DNA of 64,000 bases from Opitutia bacterium. GTDB lineage: Bacteria; Verrucomicrobiota; Verrucomicrobiia; Opitutales; T3Sed10-336. Below, piece after piece: positions 1-8,736 of this stretch; positions within the stretch are counted from its first letter, which is position 1; the number at the start of each line of letters is the position of its first letter. Where the stretch lies: assembly GCA_050506795.1 (NCBI GenBank), contig JBJHCF010000002.1, positions 62,933 through 126,932 of the forward strand, written 5' to 3'. Under the pieces are notes generated by a model that saw only the letters and a program-made list of their open reading frames with translations, was not told the DNA's origin and did no database searches. The position numbers and the translations under genes are program-made.

Positions 1-39
1 AAGCCACTGATTTCGAGATGTTTGCCAAAAACATTTCGG

Positions 40-1212
40 TTATTCGCCAACTATTGGACGGAACCCCATTTTTCGGTGGTAAAATTCATCCATGACCCGC
101 CTTAATTCCTCCTTCTGGGAAACAGGGACGATGAATGAGTCGTGACAGGTAAGGCACGGAAATCCTTTTTGGGCGAAATGGGACAGGATCTCAATGGCAA
201 TTTCGGATTCGATCCGCATCAGAACCACGCCGTAATCTTTGCAGAATCTGTGCTTGATTCTGTGGTGAATCTTCAGCGCAAGGACATAGATTTGTGCGAA
301 CGACAATCCAGTCTCCTTCCAAGCCGAATAGAGGTCTACTGCCTTACGAAGAGATTTCCCGGATTTTTCGGTTCCATCCCCATTCTTGAATCTCATCGCC
401 TTATTGCAGGCGTTGATCGCGCGCGTTCTACTCCGGACATTGATCGCAGCGTTGATCAACTTTTTCGCCAATGCTCTCTTTTCTGGTGTGGTCCTGGTGT
501 CCCAAAGAGCATAAGGGTCGTCGCTAAAGGGAATTTTCTCCAGGTGATATAGCATCCGAGGGTGCATCCCACTGTAATCCAACTCGGCGGATTTCTCTCC
601 GTCGAACTTGATGGTTTTCCGCTGGTGTTTGGACAGATTTTGATGTCCGTATTTCGTCGTATGAAGCCGACCATTCCACTCCCAATGCTGGGTGAATATT
701 GCGCGGTGAATCGGACGTAGCTGTCGCTGGCTTTTCGAATGCCAAGGCCTATAGACTATCGTCGATGTGGAATTGACCTCGTTGATCAGAGTGAGTTTCA
801 ATTGTGCTTCTGTTGCTATCGGTTTGCTCCAATCAACCGGAAGATTCGTCTTTGCCTGGCGGTCACGCAACGAAACGTATACTTTCTCCACCTCTGGATC
901 GAATTCCCATGGATCAATCGAACCAAAAAGCTCAACAATTGGAGAAAGCGGTAGCAAGCGACTCATCTTCCGACTCCCTCTTGGACTCCGGTGCTCGCGA
1001 AAGAGCCCTTCGTTGACGGCACTATCCACAACTTGTATGTAGATTCGCTTCGTGGTACCGGTATTCCGCGAATACATAATGCAGCCATTAGCCCAAACCG
1101 CTCGCTTGGCCGCAAGAATTAGATTCCGGAAGAAAGCTTGTTTTTCATCGCCTTTCTTCCCCCTCGGCCTCAGCTTGGCGAACAGACTATCAGCCTGATC
1201 GCGCGTTTCCAT
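40..1212 (-). CDS. Minimal family-A (PolA/T7-like) polymerase-fold protein
   Basis: GRLH...QNL...R then ELDYSGMHPRML (motif A-like), KRALAKKLINA (motif B-like) and HDSFIV (motif C-like). Start placed at METRDQ (1212, AAGGAAG upstream); ORF is open to 1392. Confidence 0.65.
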   Translation of the reverse strand: METRDQADSLFAKLRPRGKKGDEKQAFFRNLILAAKRAVWANGCIMYSRNTGTTKRIYIQVVDSAVNEGLFREHRSPRGSRKMSRLLPLSPIVELFGSIDPWEFDPEVEKVYVSLRDRQAKTNLPVDWSKPIATEAQLKLTLINEVNSTSTIVYRPWHSKSQRQLRPIHRAIFTQHWEWNGRLHTTKYGHQNLSKHQRKTIKFDGEKSAELDYSGMHPRMLYHLEKIPFSDDPYALWDTRTTPEKRALAKKLINAAINVRSRTRAINACNKAMRFKNGDGTEKSGKSLRKAVDLYSAWKETGLSFAQIYVLALKIHHRIKHRFCKDYGVVLMRIESEIAIEILSHFAQKGFPCLTCHDSFIVPVSQKEELRRVMDEFYHRKMGFRPIVGE

Positions 1213-1548
1213 GGGTACGTCTTCCTTGAGATCAATCGAAACAGCCGGGAGCTTGTTGTAAACGGTATAAGGCGGAATCTCCCGAGCCCTTTTATCCCAA
1301 GCAATCGGACAGGTAAATGGAGGGCAGGCCGTCCCCTTCCCTCCGCTAACCGTTTCCTCCCGCACGCCGAGGCTGCTTTCCTTCTGGGCCATCCTTTAAC
1401 TCACACAATCCTCCTACTGTATAGTTCAATTGAGGCAGTCTTTATTCAGGCAACAAGCATCCACGATTTCAAGCTCCAAAACAAATAAGAAACTGTCAAT
1501 TGTGCCACAGCCGCAAGGGAGACTCATTGTGGGCTCATTGAACGCTAC

Positions 1549-1582
1549 GTGAATGCTCACTGAAGAATCAATGAGCATTCAC
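1549..1582. repeat. Inverted repeat GTGAATGCTCA-N12-TGAGCATTCAC with nearby CTCATT/CTCACT repeats
   Basis: Perfect 11-bp arms read directly from the sequence, upstream of the polymerase-like gene. Confidence 0.6.
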
Positions 1583-2502
1583 TCTTCGCAGTTGATTCAC
1601 CTGATCAGCTCATTCATTCGATTCTCGCTTATACGGATCGTAGTTGTAATAGCGCGTCCAGAATGACTGCCTGGAGCTGAAATTTATGGACGACATGATA
1701 TCCCAGCAGTCACCAGCAATCGGAAACGCGATACACTGATACCAGAAACCCACTTTGCTCAAAAATTTTGTCACCCCCAACCCATCGACTCCGGGCCGGT
1801 CGTGCCGAAGCGTCCTCCCCCCCCTCCCCCCGTTTTCCTGGCGGCGCGACTCACTACGAATCCCGCCTTAATCAGGGACATCCGACCGCCAACACGTAGC
1901 AAACGCCGGAAATTGAATCTTGGATGTTTCGCAAGTCGCTTTTGCTGATGCTTTTGCAGGCACTCAACACCCTGACTCGAAGTCAGGTTTTCAATCCATC
2001 GGCTCCCCGATCTCCCGGCGAGCGAGGCTAGCGCCGGTCCCGTTCCCCGGCTCAACGCGTCCAAACGAAAGAAGTGATCTCAGGCCGACGCGCGACAACC
2101 AATTGAAACCGGATGGTTCTCTGCCCCTCTTGATGCCCTCAGCGCCCCCAGGAGCTCGCCAAAGGACCGCCCGCACCTGATCCTCGCCACAGCCAAGAGC
2201 GCCCTCACAAGCGATCACAGAGGCCGCCCCTTTTGCCGCGTTTCCTTCTCGCCCAAACCCATTGGATTGTCCCGACCGATGGAAGACCCGCTAAACGCGA
2301 ACTCTCTTTGCCGGTATGGAAGCCGACTCACCAGGCGCGGACGCCATCAAAGCTTTCCCGGGCCGCGAGAGCGTTCCTTTTTATTCTGTCTCTACAGCCG
2401 GAACTTTCCTCCCGCTCCGCACGCCACTCACCGTTGACGGTGATGATCCACGAAGACAGTCAGGCTGGAAGCCTGATCATCGGCGAAAGCGCCGATCCTA
2501 CT

Positions 2503-2542
2503 CTCCCGCATGGCCGCGGCTGCGCGGGAGCGCCGCCCTCCA
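2503..2542. repeat. REP-like palindrome family A (CTCCCGCATGGCCGCGGC.GCGCGGGAGCGCCGCCCTCC)
   Basis: Near-identical copies at 8290-8408 and 53635-53740. Confidence 0.7.
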
Positions 2543-2644
2543 CGAAGAGGAAGCGCGATCCCGATTCGGTTTCTCAAGCGATGAACCAGCTTAACCGAGT
2601 GCCATTCCCTCTAACCCGCTATTTAATGCGAATCATCGAGTTTC

Positions 2645-2692
2645 AAAAAACTCAAAAAACCTCTTGATCATTACGACATATTGTCGTAAGAA
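2645..2692 (+). promoter_or_regulatory. Sigma70-type promoter with a palindromic operator in the spacer
   Basis: A-tracts at 2645-2659, TTGATC (2664-2669), 17 bp, TAAGAA (2687-2692). Perfect inverted repeat TTACGACA-N3-TGTCGTAA at 2671-2689. Confidence 0.65.
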
Positions 2693-2769
2693 AGAAAACA
2701 GAATTGAAGTCTTTGCCTCAACCAAAACACCAACCGCCCGGCACCAGGGCGTTAAAGTCGGCAATCGCA

Positions 2770-3231
2770 ATGGACATCACAGTCAAAGAGCTGAAACTGA
2801 GCTACCGGGAAACCGGCGAAACGATGAAGGCGGGCAAGATCAACAGCCCAGAGGCAGCAGCCCAATATATGGCAGGAGCATTCGACGACCACCCGGATCA
2901 AGAGCATTTCTTCGTCCTCCTGGTTGACCGGAAAAATCAGGTCAAGGCCCGTCACTTGGTAACAGTCGGAACGCTGACCAGCAGTCTCGTTCATCCTCGC
3001 GAGGTATTCCGGGCCGCAATTGTGGGGGGAGCCGCTTCCATTATTGCGATTCACAACCACCCCAGCGGCGACCCGAGCCCGAGCAGCGCGGACATTCAGG
3101 TGACCCGTCAACTTCGAGAAGCGGGCAAAACCGTTGCCATCGATCTCCTCGATCATGTTATTATCGGGACCAAGGAAAGTGACCCGAATCAAAAGGGATT
3201 CTACTCTTTCAAAGAATCCGGACTCCTCTGA
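2770..3231 (+). CDS. radC: RadC-like JAB-domain protein (short, mobile-element type)
   Basis: QEHFFVLL...VGTLTSSLVHPREVF...HNHPSGDPSPSSADI...LLDHVIIG; lacks the N-terminal HhH part. ATG at 2770. Confidence 0.9.
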   Translation: MDITVKELKLSYRETGETMKAGKINSPEAAAQYMAGAFDDHPDQEHFFVLLVDRKNQVKARHLVTVGTLTSSLVHPREVFRAAIVGGAASIIAIHNHPSGDPSPSSADIQVTRQLREAGKTVAIDLLDHVIIGTKESDPNQKGFYSFKESGLL

Positions 3232-3240
3232 GCAAATGCC

Positions 3241-3264
3241 GCCCCGGGGAACAGTCCCCGGGGC
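3241..3264 (+). terminator. GC-rich hairpin after radC
   Basis: GCCCCGGGGA-ACAG-TCCCCGGGGC, perfect 10-bp stem; weak U tail. Confidence 0.4.
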
Positions 3265-3293
3265 ATTGACCGCAAATTCATTTCGCTTCAATC

Positions 3294-3494
3294 ATGAGAG
3301 ACCACAGGACAAATGCCGGGAATGTCCCGATTGGCGAAACTCGCGAGCTCTTCGACACAGCTCAGGATTTCCGCCTTGTCGGGGAGACCGTCACTGATCC
3401 AAGGGAAGCCACCGCCGCCGCTTTTCGCAGACGGAAACAAGACACCTTACAAACCAAGCTTTTTCAACCAGACGAAACCAAGGAAAGCCCGTGA
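3294..3494 (+). CDS. Small hypothetical protein (66 aa)
   Basis: ATG start; stop overlaps the next GTG (GTGA). Confidence 0.5.
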   Translation: MRDHRTNAGNVPIGETRELFDTAQDFRLVGETVTDPREATAAAFRRRKQDTLQTKLFQPDETKESP

Positions 3495-3658
3495 GCTGGA
3501 GCGATGCCAAGACCGAAGCCGCCCGTTTAATGAAAGAGATGCGAGGGAAATACCCGCTCCCCTTCGTCCGCATGGTTGTGGACGCCCTCAAGCGTGAGCT
3601 CCGAGCCGCCGAGAGCGAAGAGAAACGTCAGGCAAAGGAATCAGACGATCAAGAATGA
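3491..3658 (+). CDS. Small helical hypothetical protein (55 aa; not in ORF track)
   Basis: Manual translation MSWSDAKTEAARLMKEMRGKYPLPFVRMVVDALKRELRAAESEEKRQAKESDDQE; 4-bp overlaps with both neighbours. Confidence 0.55.
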   Translation: MSWSDAKTEAARLMKEMRGKYPLPFVRMVVDALKRELRAAESEEKRQAKESDDQE

Positions 3659-3894
3659 GCCCTGAAGAATACCGCATAGCCCGGGAAGCCCGCGGAACCC
3701 AGATGGCGGTCGCCAAGAAACTCGGCGAACACTGGCGGACCATTCAACGCCGGGAAGCCGGAGACACCCGCATCACCCGATCAGCCGAGCTCGCCCTGCT
3801 CTCAATCCGGAAACGCCGCAAAAGCCACCCCGGCACCAGTACCGGCCCATTTTCCGGGAAAGCCTCCACTCGTTCCTCTAAATCAACCCCTTAG
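3655..3894 (+). CDS. XRE/Cro-like helix-turn-helix protein
   Basis: MSPEEYRIAREARGTQMAVAKKLGEHWRTIQRREAG fits an XRE-type HTH. Confidence 0.75.
   Translation: MSPEEYRIAREARGTQMAVAKKLGEHWRTIQRREAGDTRITRSAELALLSIRKRRKSHPGTSTGPFSGKASTRSSKSTP
3881..3893 (+). promoter_or_regulatory. IHF-binding consensus beside the att site
   Basis: AATCAACCCCTTA matches WATCAANNNNTTR. Confidence 0.5.
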
Positions 3895-3908
3895 GAATTG
3901 CATCCAGG

Positions 3909-3965
3909 GGACTTAAAATCCGTTCCTTGCAAAAGGGTGAGGGTTCGAGTCCCTCTCCGGGCACC
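3909..3965 (+). pseudogene. 3' fragment of tRNA-Leu(TAA), i.e. att-site direct repeat
   Basis: GGA-CTTAAAA-TCCGT anticodon arm, variable arm, GAGGG-TTCGAGT-CCCTC T arm, TCCGGGC-A-CC. No D arm or 5' acceptor strand upstream, and the outer anticodon stem is mispaired. Confidence 0.85.
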
Positions 3966-3993
3966 GCCTCTGTTTATGCGGCATACAGGCGCT

Positions 3994-4068
3994 GTGACCC
4001 AGCCATTCCTGTCTGGTCGTCCCAAACCTCGGACTCCGGGACATCGCAGGCAGGAATGCCTGGGTCAC
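3994..4068. repeat. REP-like family C inverted pair (CAGGCAGGAATGCCTG.GTCAC)
   Basis: GTGACCCAGCCATTCCTGTCTG...CAGGCAGGAATGCCTGGGTCAC; single copies at 32891 and 48386. Confidence 0.65.
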
Positions 4069-4116
4069 CCCGGACCATCGCGGTCTGTAACCGTCTCCAG
4101 GTCAGAACGTTGGGCG

Positions 4117-7100
4117 TTACTCCCTCATTTCGACGCGGATTCTCATGAACCGCGTCGCCTGTTCGGTTACCGGAACGTTGTCCATCACGGTCAATGTCTC
4201 GATGCCTCCGGTTGAAATCAATTCCACGATCTGTTGATCACCAAGGACTTCCCAATTTTCGAGATCCTCCGAAACTTCCACCAGGAGGGCGACGTCGGCA
4301 GCACCGATCCGGCGGGTAAATTCAATCGCCAGGTAGTCGCCTCCCGTCGCATCGTCGTGGATCAAACCCACCCGCGGAAGGTCTTCCGGATCGGGGGAGT
4401 GGGGATCGATTCCCAGTGCGTAACGAAGCAGGTTGGGAATTCCGTGTCCTCCCCTGTCTCCGCGAGGATCGATCCATTCCGGATTGGCAAAATCACTCGC
4501 CGAGAGGTGCACGCTCAGCCAATTCGCGTATCCCGAGGCCAACGATTCAATGATTACACCTTCACGCCCGGCAGCCACCCAGAACGTCTCCCCGAAGATG
4601 ACTCCCTCCAGCGTTTGCGGAACCCCCGAGGCGTTTGCACGCCACCTGTCCCCGTAGATGGTGGTGGCGATCGCTCCACCGGTTCCCACGACGACAAACA
4701 GCTCGTCGCCGAATCGAACGCCGCGCAGGCCACCGCCGGAGTCAACGGATTGCGACCTCCAGTTTATCCCGTCCAACGACGTCAACGCGACCGGTTCGGC
4801 GGCGCCACCCACGGCGACAAAGCGTTCGTTCCCGTAGGCGATTCCGTAAAGCGGATTGGTGGTCCCGGAGTCGCGCCGGGTCCAATCCATCCCGTCTTCC
4901 GAGGAATACACACTCCCGCCGGCGCCCACGGCGACGAACCGCCCCGCGCCATAGGTTACGTCGTGCAAATCGAAGAACTCACCCGCAAACCGAAGCCGCC
5001 AGGTCCCGTCGCTCTGCCGAAGCTTCGTCCGCCCGTCCCGGCCGACGGCGACAAATTCGCCGTCACCGAAGGCTACCGAATGAAAGCCGCGGATCGTTTG
5101 CGGCTCGACCCGTATCCACTCGGTCGCATCCTCCGATTCGAGCACAAAACCGGTCTCACCCACCGCGACATACCTACCGTCACCCTCCGCGAGTCCCCGC
5201 AAGTCCGCGGTCACTCCCGTGTCTCCCGGCACCCATTCCCGCGCGTCGCCGGATGACAGCAGGGTTCCGGAGGCCCCGACGGCGAAAAATCGTTCCCCGT
5301 CAAATATAACGTCGAACAGATCGGCCGCGGTTCCGCTTGAACGGACCCTCCAGGAAAACGCCGGCGGCGAGTCGAGCAGGACATCGCTCACGAAAACCGT
5401 GACAAAATCGCTTGGCAGCGTTTCGCCCGAATCAAAGGAGACCAGCGCTTGAATGAAGTAGTCCCCCGGCGCGGCGGGACTCCATTCGTACACAAAGGGC
5501 GCGGCGTCAACGACCCCCAGGCTTTCCCCCTCCACCAGAAATTCCACTTCTGTCACAGTGAAGAATTCCCCGTCGATTACGCTCAATTCGACGGTTTCGC
5601 CCAACACGATCCTGTCGCGTGAAACCTGAAGGCCGGCCTGGAGGGCGGGTGGGACCACCTCGATCAACACAACGGATGAGGTGCGCTCGTTACCGGCCTC
5701 GTTGCGGACGCGAGCGCGAAGCTCGTGGATGCCGGGATCAAATGCCTCAAATGTGAAGTCCAGACGGTATCCGCCACCACCGACGGGTTCCCCCTCTCCG
5801 ATCATTTCTCCGTTTACAAGGAATTCGACGACATCGACCAGGCTTCCCGTCGCCCATGCGTCGGCCGACAGTGCGACCGCATGATTCAGGGGAATCTCGA
5901 CCACGCCGTCGGGATTTTCGATCGAGAAATACCCGGAAGGTTCGGTCAACTCGACCTGGAGAATACCCCGAGTCACGGCAACGTCGATAAACTCGTGCGG
6001 CGCCGAACCGCCCACTCCCAGGGGTGTGATGTGGAGGTTCGTGAACGGATCGGAAAACGTTTCCCCAATCGCAAGCGGAGAATCCGCCGCGCTTGACAGT
6101 CCCACCGTGACGCCGTGCACCGCCTGCCGCATGTTCAGGAGGTGATTTCCAAAGAAACTTCCCTCGTCGCCCCACGAAATCACGACCCCCTCGCGCGCCC
6201 GCTCGTTCGCCTCGAAAAGTTGCCGGAACTCGATCCAGTAATCCTTCAGCGGCGGGTCGGGAAACTCCCAGTGATTCCGATTGACCACCCGTATCGCCTG
6301 GCGACGTTCCGGAACGTGCCCAGCCCCGCCGTCAAGCCGATGTAGCCGGAATGTGCCGCTTGAGGTCGCATCCGGAACCACATGCGTGTTCGCTTCCGGC
6401 AACCACCGCAGGAAGGATTTGAAGCTCGCCTTAAAATGATTCGCCGGAAAGGCCTGGATCGTGCTCATGATATCAAACACGTTCCCCGCCTCGACCGTTC
6501 TCGCATTCTCAATCGGGTAGCCCCCCAGGGGACCGACTGGCGCCCAATAGCGCGAGTGAAACAACCCGAAATTGTGTCCCAACTCGTGGACGACCACTGC
6601 GGGATTAAAGGCGCCGATAACCCACGCCCCCTTCCCCCCGACCAGTCCGTACCCCGCCGGAAGCCCTTCCACCGCGGCAGTCGCGACAATAACAAAGTCG
6701 TACTCCCCCACGTATCCCGCGTCGTTCGCACGCGCACGCGCTTCTTCTTGAACCGTCGCCGGATTCATTCCGATCACACCATTCGGCTCCAGCGCCTCGG
6801 TCACATGGACCGTTGTAAACGAAAACTGCCGAAACGAATTGGCACGCAGGAAATCATTTACCGCCTCCATCGACGTCCGGACGGTTTCCCCGTCCGGCGG
6901 GGAAAGGAACTGCGGATCCTCCTCACCGTTGTCTTCCCCTTCCTGTTGAAGCACTAATCGGATCACCAATACGCTCTTATCGCCCCTCGTTTCGTACGGA
7001 TGAGGTATCCAGTCATCCTCGTTTTCGGAAATGAAATCATCCGTAAGCGCCATAAAATGTTTCGGGCCGCAGCCGCGTTCGCCGCACAGCAGATAAACCC

Positions 7101-7938
7101 CGCCCGGCGATTCCGCAGCCACCGTCCCGCCGCGGACCTCGGCCGGGGCATCATTTGTCTCGACGACCGCTCCGGTCTCACAAAGGTACTCAAAAACCTT
7201 GGATCCGGCGGCGAAACGCTCTCCCGTCTCCATCAACCGCAGCGGACTCTCGTGCAGCGCCATCCTTCCGTCCACCGCAATCCCGTGGAGCGACAATCCC
7301 CGCCCCGTTCGCTGATTCAGGCGCCGTCCATAGGTGAAGGCCTCGTACCTCTCGCCGCCGAAATCGACGTAGCGTAAAACCAAATCCCGCGAGCCGGTCC
7401 GCACGACCCCGGGGGTGACCCCGAAAACAGCCAGATCACCGGTTCCCCCCACACGCTCTTCGAGCAGGGATCGCACCGCTTCCGGAAGGTCTGCGCGGGA
7501 GCGCGTGGACACCGTCAATGATAGGGCCATTTCCGGATCGTCCCGAATCAGCCCGTACAGCGCGTCCCGCCGCGCCCGCACCAACTCAACCCCTTCAGCT
7601 TCCATTTGAACCCTCCGGGACTCCGACGCGGTCGCGTATTGTCTCGTCCAGTTGTCGAAACTCCCGAAAACGTCCGCATGTTCGGGCTCGCCGGCGAACG
7701 CCCGCGGTGAATGGCGCCCCGTCGCTTCATGCAAGGAACCATCCGTTTCATCTCCCGGGTAATCGTCAGTCGCAGCGGCGACGATCCGCGAACCGTCGCC
7801 GGCAGGCATTCCTTCCCGGACGGATTCAGGTCCGGGATCCGTCGACCTTACGTTAGACCCGGCCCACCAGACGATTGCGGCTGCTCCCGCCGCCAACACC
7901 GCGCGGAAGTGGGCTTGCTGGAGTATTGAAATTTTCAT
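4117..7938 (-). CDS. Large secreted metzincin metalloprotease with Ig-like domains, beta-propeller repeats and a conserved C-terminal domain
   Basis: N-terminal hydrophobic segment; HELGHNFGLFH zinc motif with downstream DIMS Met-turn; two V..VEFLV.GE Ig-like units; repeated SGT..L..V.FG.GRFVAVG..G....S.DG..W blades. Start at MKISIL. Confidence 0.85.
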   Translation of the reverse strand: MKISILQQAHFRAVLAAGAAAIVWWAGSNVRSTDPGPESVREGMPAGDGSRIVAAATDDYPGDETDGSLHEATGRHSPRAFAGEPEHADVFGSFDNWTRQYATASESRRVQMEAEGVELVRARRDALYGLIRDDPEMALSLTVSTRSRADLPEAVRSLLEERVGGTGDLAVFGVTPGVVRTGSRDLVLRYVDFGGERYEAFTYGRRLNQRTGRGLSLHGIAVDGRMALHESPLRLMETGERFAAGSKVFEYLCETGAVVETNDAPAEVRGGTVAAESPGGVYLLCGERGCGPKHFMALTDDFISENEDDWIPHPYETRGDKSVLVIRLVLQQEGEDNGEEDPQFLSPPDGETVRTSMEAVNDFLRANSFRQFSFTTVHVTEALEPNGVIGMNPATVQEEARARANDAGYVGEYDFVIVATAAVEGLPAGYGLVGGKGAWVIGAFNPAVVVHELGHNFGLFHSRYWAPVGPLGGYPIENARTVEAGNVFDIMSTIQAFPANHFKASFKSFLRWLPEANTHVVPDATSSGTFRLHRLDGGAGHVPERRQAIRVVNRNHWEFPDPPLKDYWIEFRQLFEANERAREGVVISWGDEGSFFGNHLLNMRQAVHGVTVGLSSAADSPLAIGETFSDPFTNLHITPLGVGGSAPHEFIDVAVTRGILQVELTEPSGYFSIENPDGVVEIPLNHAVALSADAWATGSLVDVVEFLVNGEMIGEGEPVGGGGYRLDFTFEAFDPGIHELRARVRNEAGNERTSSVVLIEVVPPALQAGLQVSRDRIVLGETVELSVIDGEFFTVTEVEFLVEGESLGVVDAAPFVYEWSPAAPGDYFIQALVSFDSGETLPSDFVTVFVSDVLLDSPPAFSWRVRSSGTAADLFDVIFDGERFFAVGASGTLLSSGDAREWVPGDTGVTADLRGLAEGDGRYVAVGETGFVLESEDATEWIRVEPQTIRGFHSVAFGDGEFVAVGRDGRTKLRQSDGTWRLRFAGEFFDLHDVTYGAGRFVAVGAGGSVYSSEDGMDWTRRDSGTTNPLYGIAYGNERFVAVGGAAEPVALTSLDGINWRSQSVDSGGGLRGVRFGDELFVVVGTGGAIATTIYGDRWRANASGVPQTLEGVIFGETFWVAAGREGVIIESLASGYANWLSVHLSASDFANPEWIDPRGDRGGHGIPNLLRYALGIDPHSPDPEDLPRVGLIHDDATGGDYLAIEFTRRIGAADVALLVEVSEDLENWEVLGDQQIVELISTGGIETLTVMDNVPVTEQATRFMRIRVEMRE

Positions 7939-8289
7939 AGACCCAGGAACAAGGTGGATTGAAACGACCAGAATGCGACCAACAACACGGGACAGATCGA
8001 ACCCCGGGGAAACGCCCGAACCGGAGCTCCATTGTGTCCGGATCAGAACCGGATTCAACAAAAATCTCGGGAGCCACCGTGCCGTTTGGGTCACTCCCGC
8101 GGATTAACCTTTTGCCGTTTCCGGCAGTCCGGCGGTGCAAGCAAAACTGGATTTCGTCCCGCCGGTCCCCCGCCATCCGCCGGGGCAGGAGATAAATCGC
8201 TCCAGACTACCGCACCGGAGGCGCCGGAATCCCAGCCGGTGTTAGTCCCATAATTCTGAAATCTTGCGCAGATCGCGCAAAATATTCTC

Positions 8290-8408
8290 GAGGGCCATGC
8301 TCCCGCATGGCCCGGGGTCGCCCCAAAAGCGGACGTGGTGATCACTCCCCTTCGTAACGGCCACCACGTCAGGCACACCTTCCGGCGGCGCGGGAGCGCC
8401 GCCCTCCA
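8290..8408. repeat. REP-like family A element with spacer
   Basis: GAGGGCCATGCTCCCGCATGGCC...GGCGGCGCGGGAGCGCCGCCCTCCA. Confidence 0.65.
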
Positions 8409-8736
8409 CGCAACTCCTGATTGGTACCGGCTCCGCCGGCTTGGGGTTGGCAAAGGTGAGTTTTTCTTTTCGAGGACTCCGATGCCGATTCCTCTCAGTT
8501 CTCCATGAAGGTAGCGTTTCGTCGTACCGGTTTCCGAGGGCCTCGCCGCATCGGCGCGTACCAACTGAATTTCATTGCAAGATGCCTATATCGGCAATAA
8601 CACAACGGGCGGTAACGATGTCATTTGGCACTGCACTGATACTGCCATCTTCTGTTTGCCGATTCTCATTCACGTTCAATTTGCCGCGGATCCGGGCCAA
8701 AAATAAGGTGCAATTATTACAACGGAAAAACAACTT

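Larger units (their letters stand above)
1..3965. mobile_element. Right end of an integrative element (prophage remnant, satellite or IME) inserted at tRNA-Leu(TAA); left end and integrase lie outside the window
   Basis: Ends in a 5'-truncated tRNA-Leu copy (3909-3965) with an IHF consensus next to it. Carries JAB/RadC, HTH and polymerase-like genes typical of mobile elements. Confidence 0.75.

Noticed and set aside
2395..2420. RNase P-like GAGGAAAGT(T)CC on the minus strand
   Set aside because: Imperfect match and no complementary 3' conserved region recognisable.
1771..2667. ORFs 1771-2064, 1920-2180, 2233-2667 and 2316-2594 as genes
   Set aside because: Overlapping, low-complexity, no motifs or clear RBS; two run through a REP.
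3880..3965. Functional tRNA-Leu gene
   Set aside because: The 5' acceptor strand and D arm are absent and the anticodon stem is broken; treated as an att repeat.
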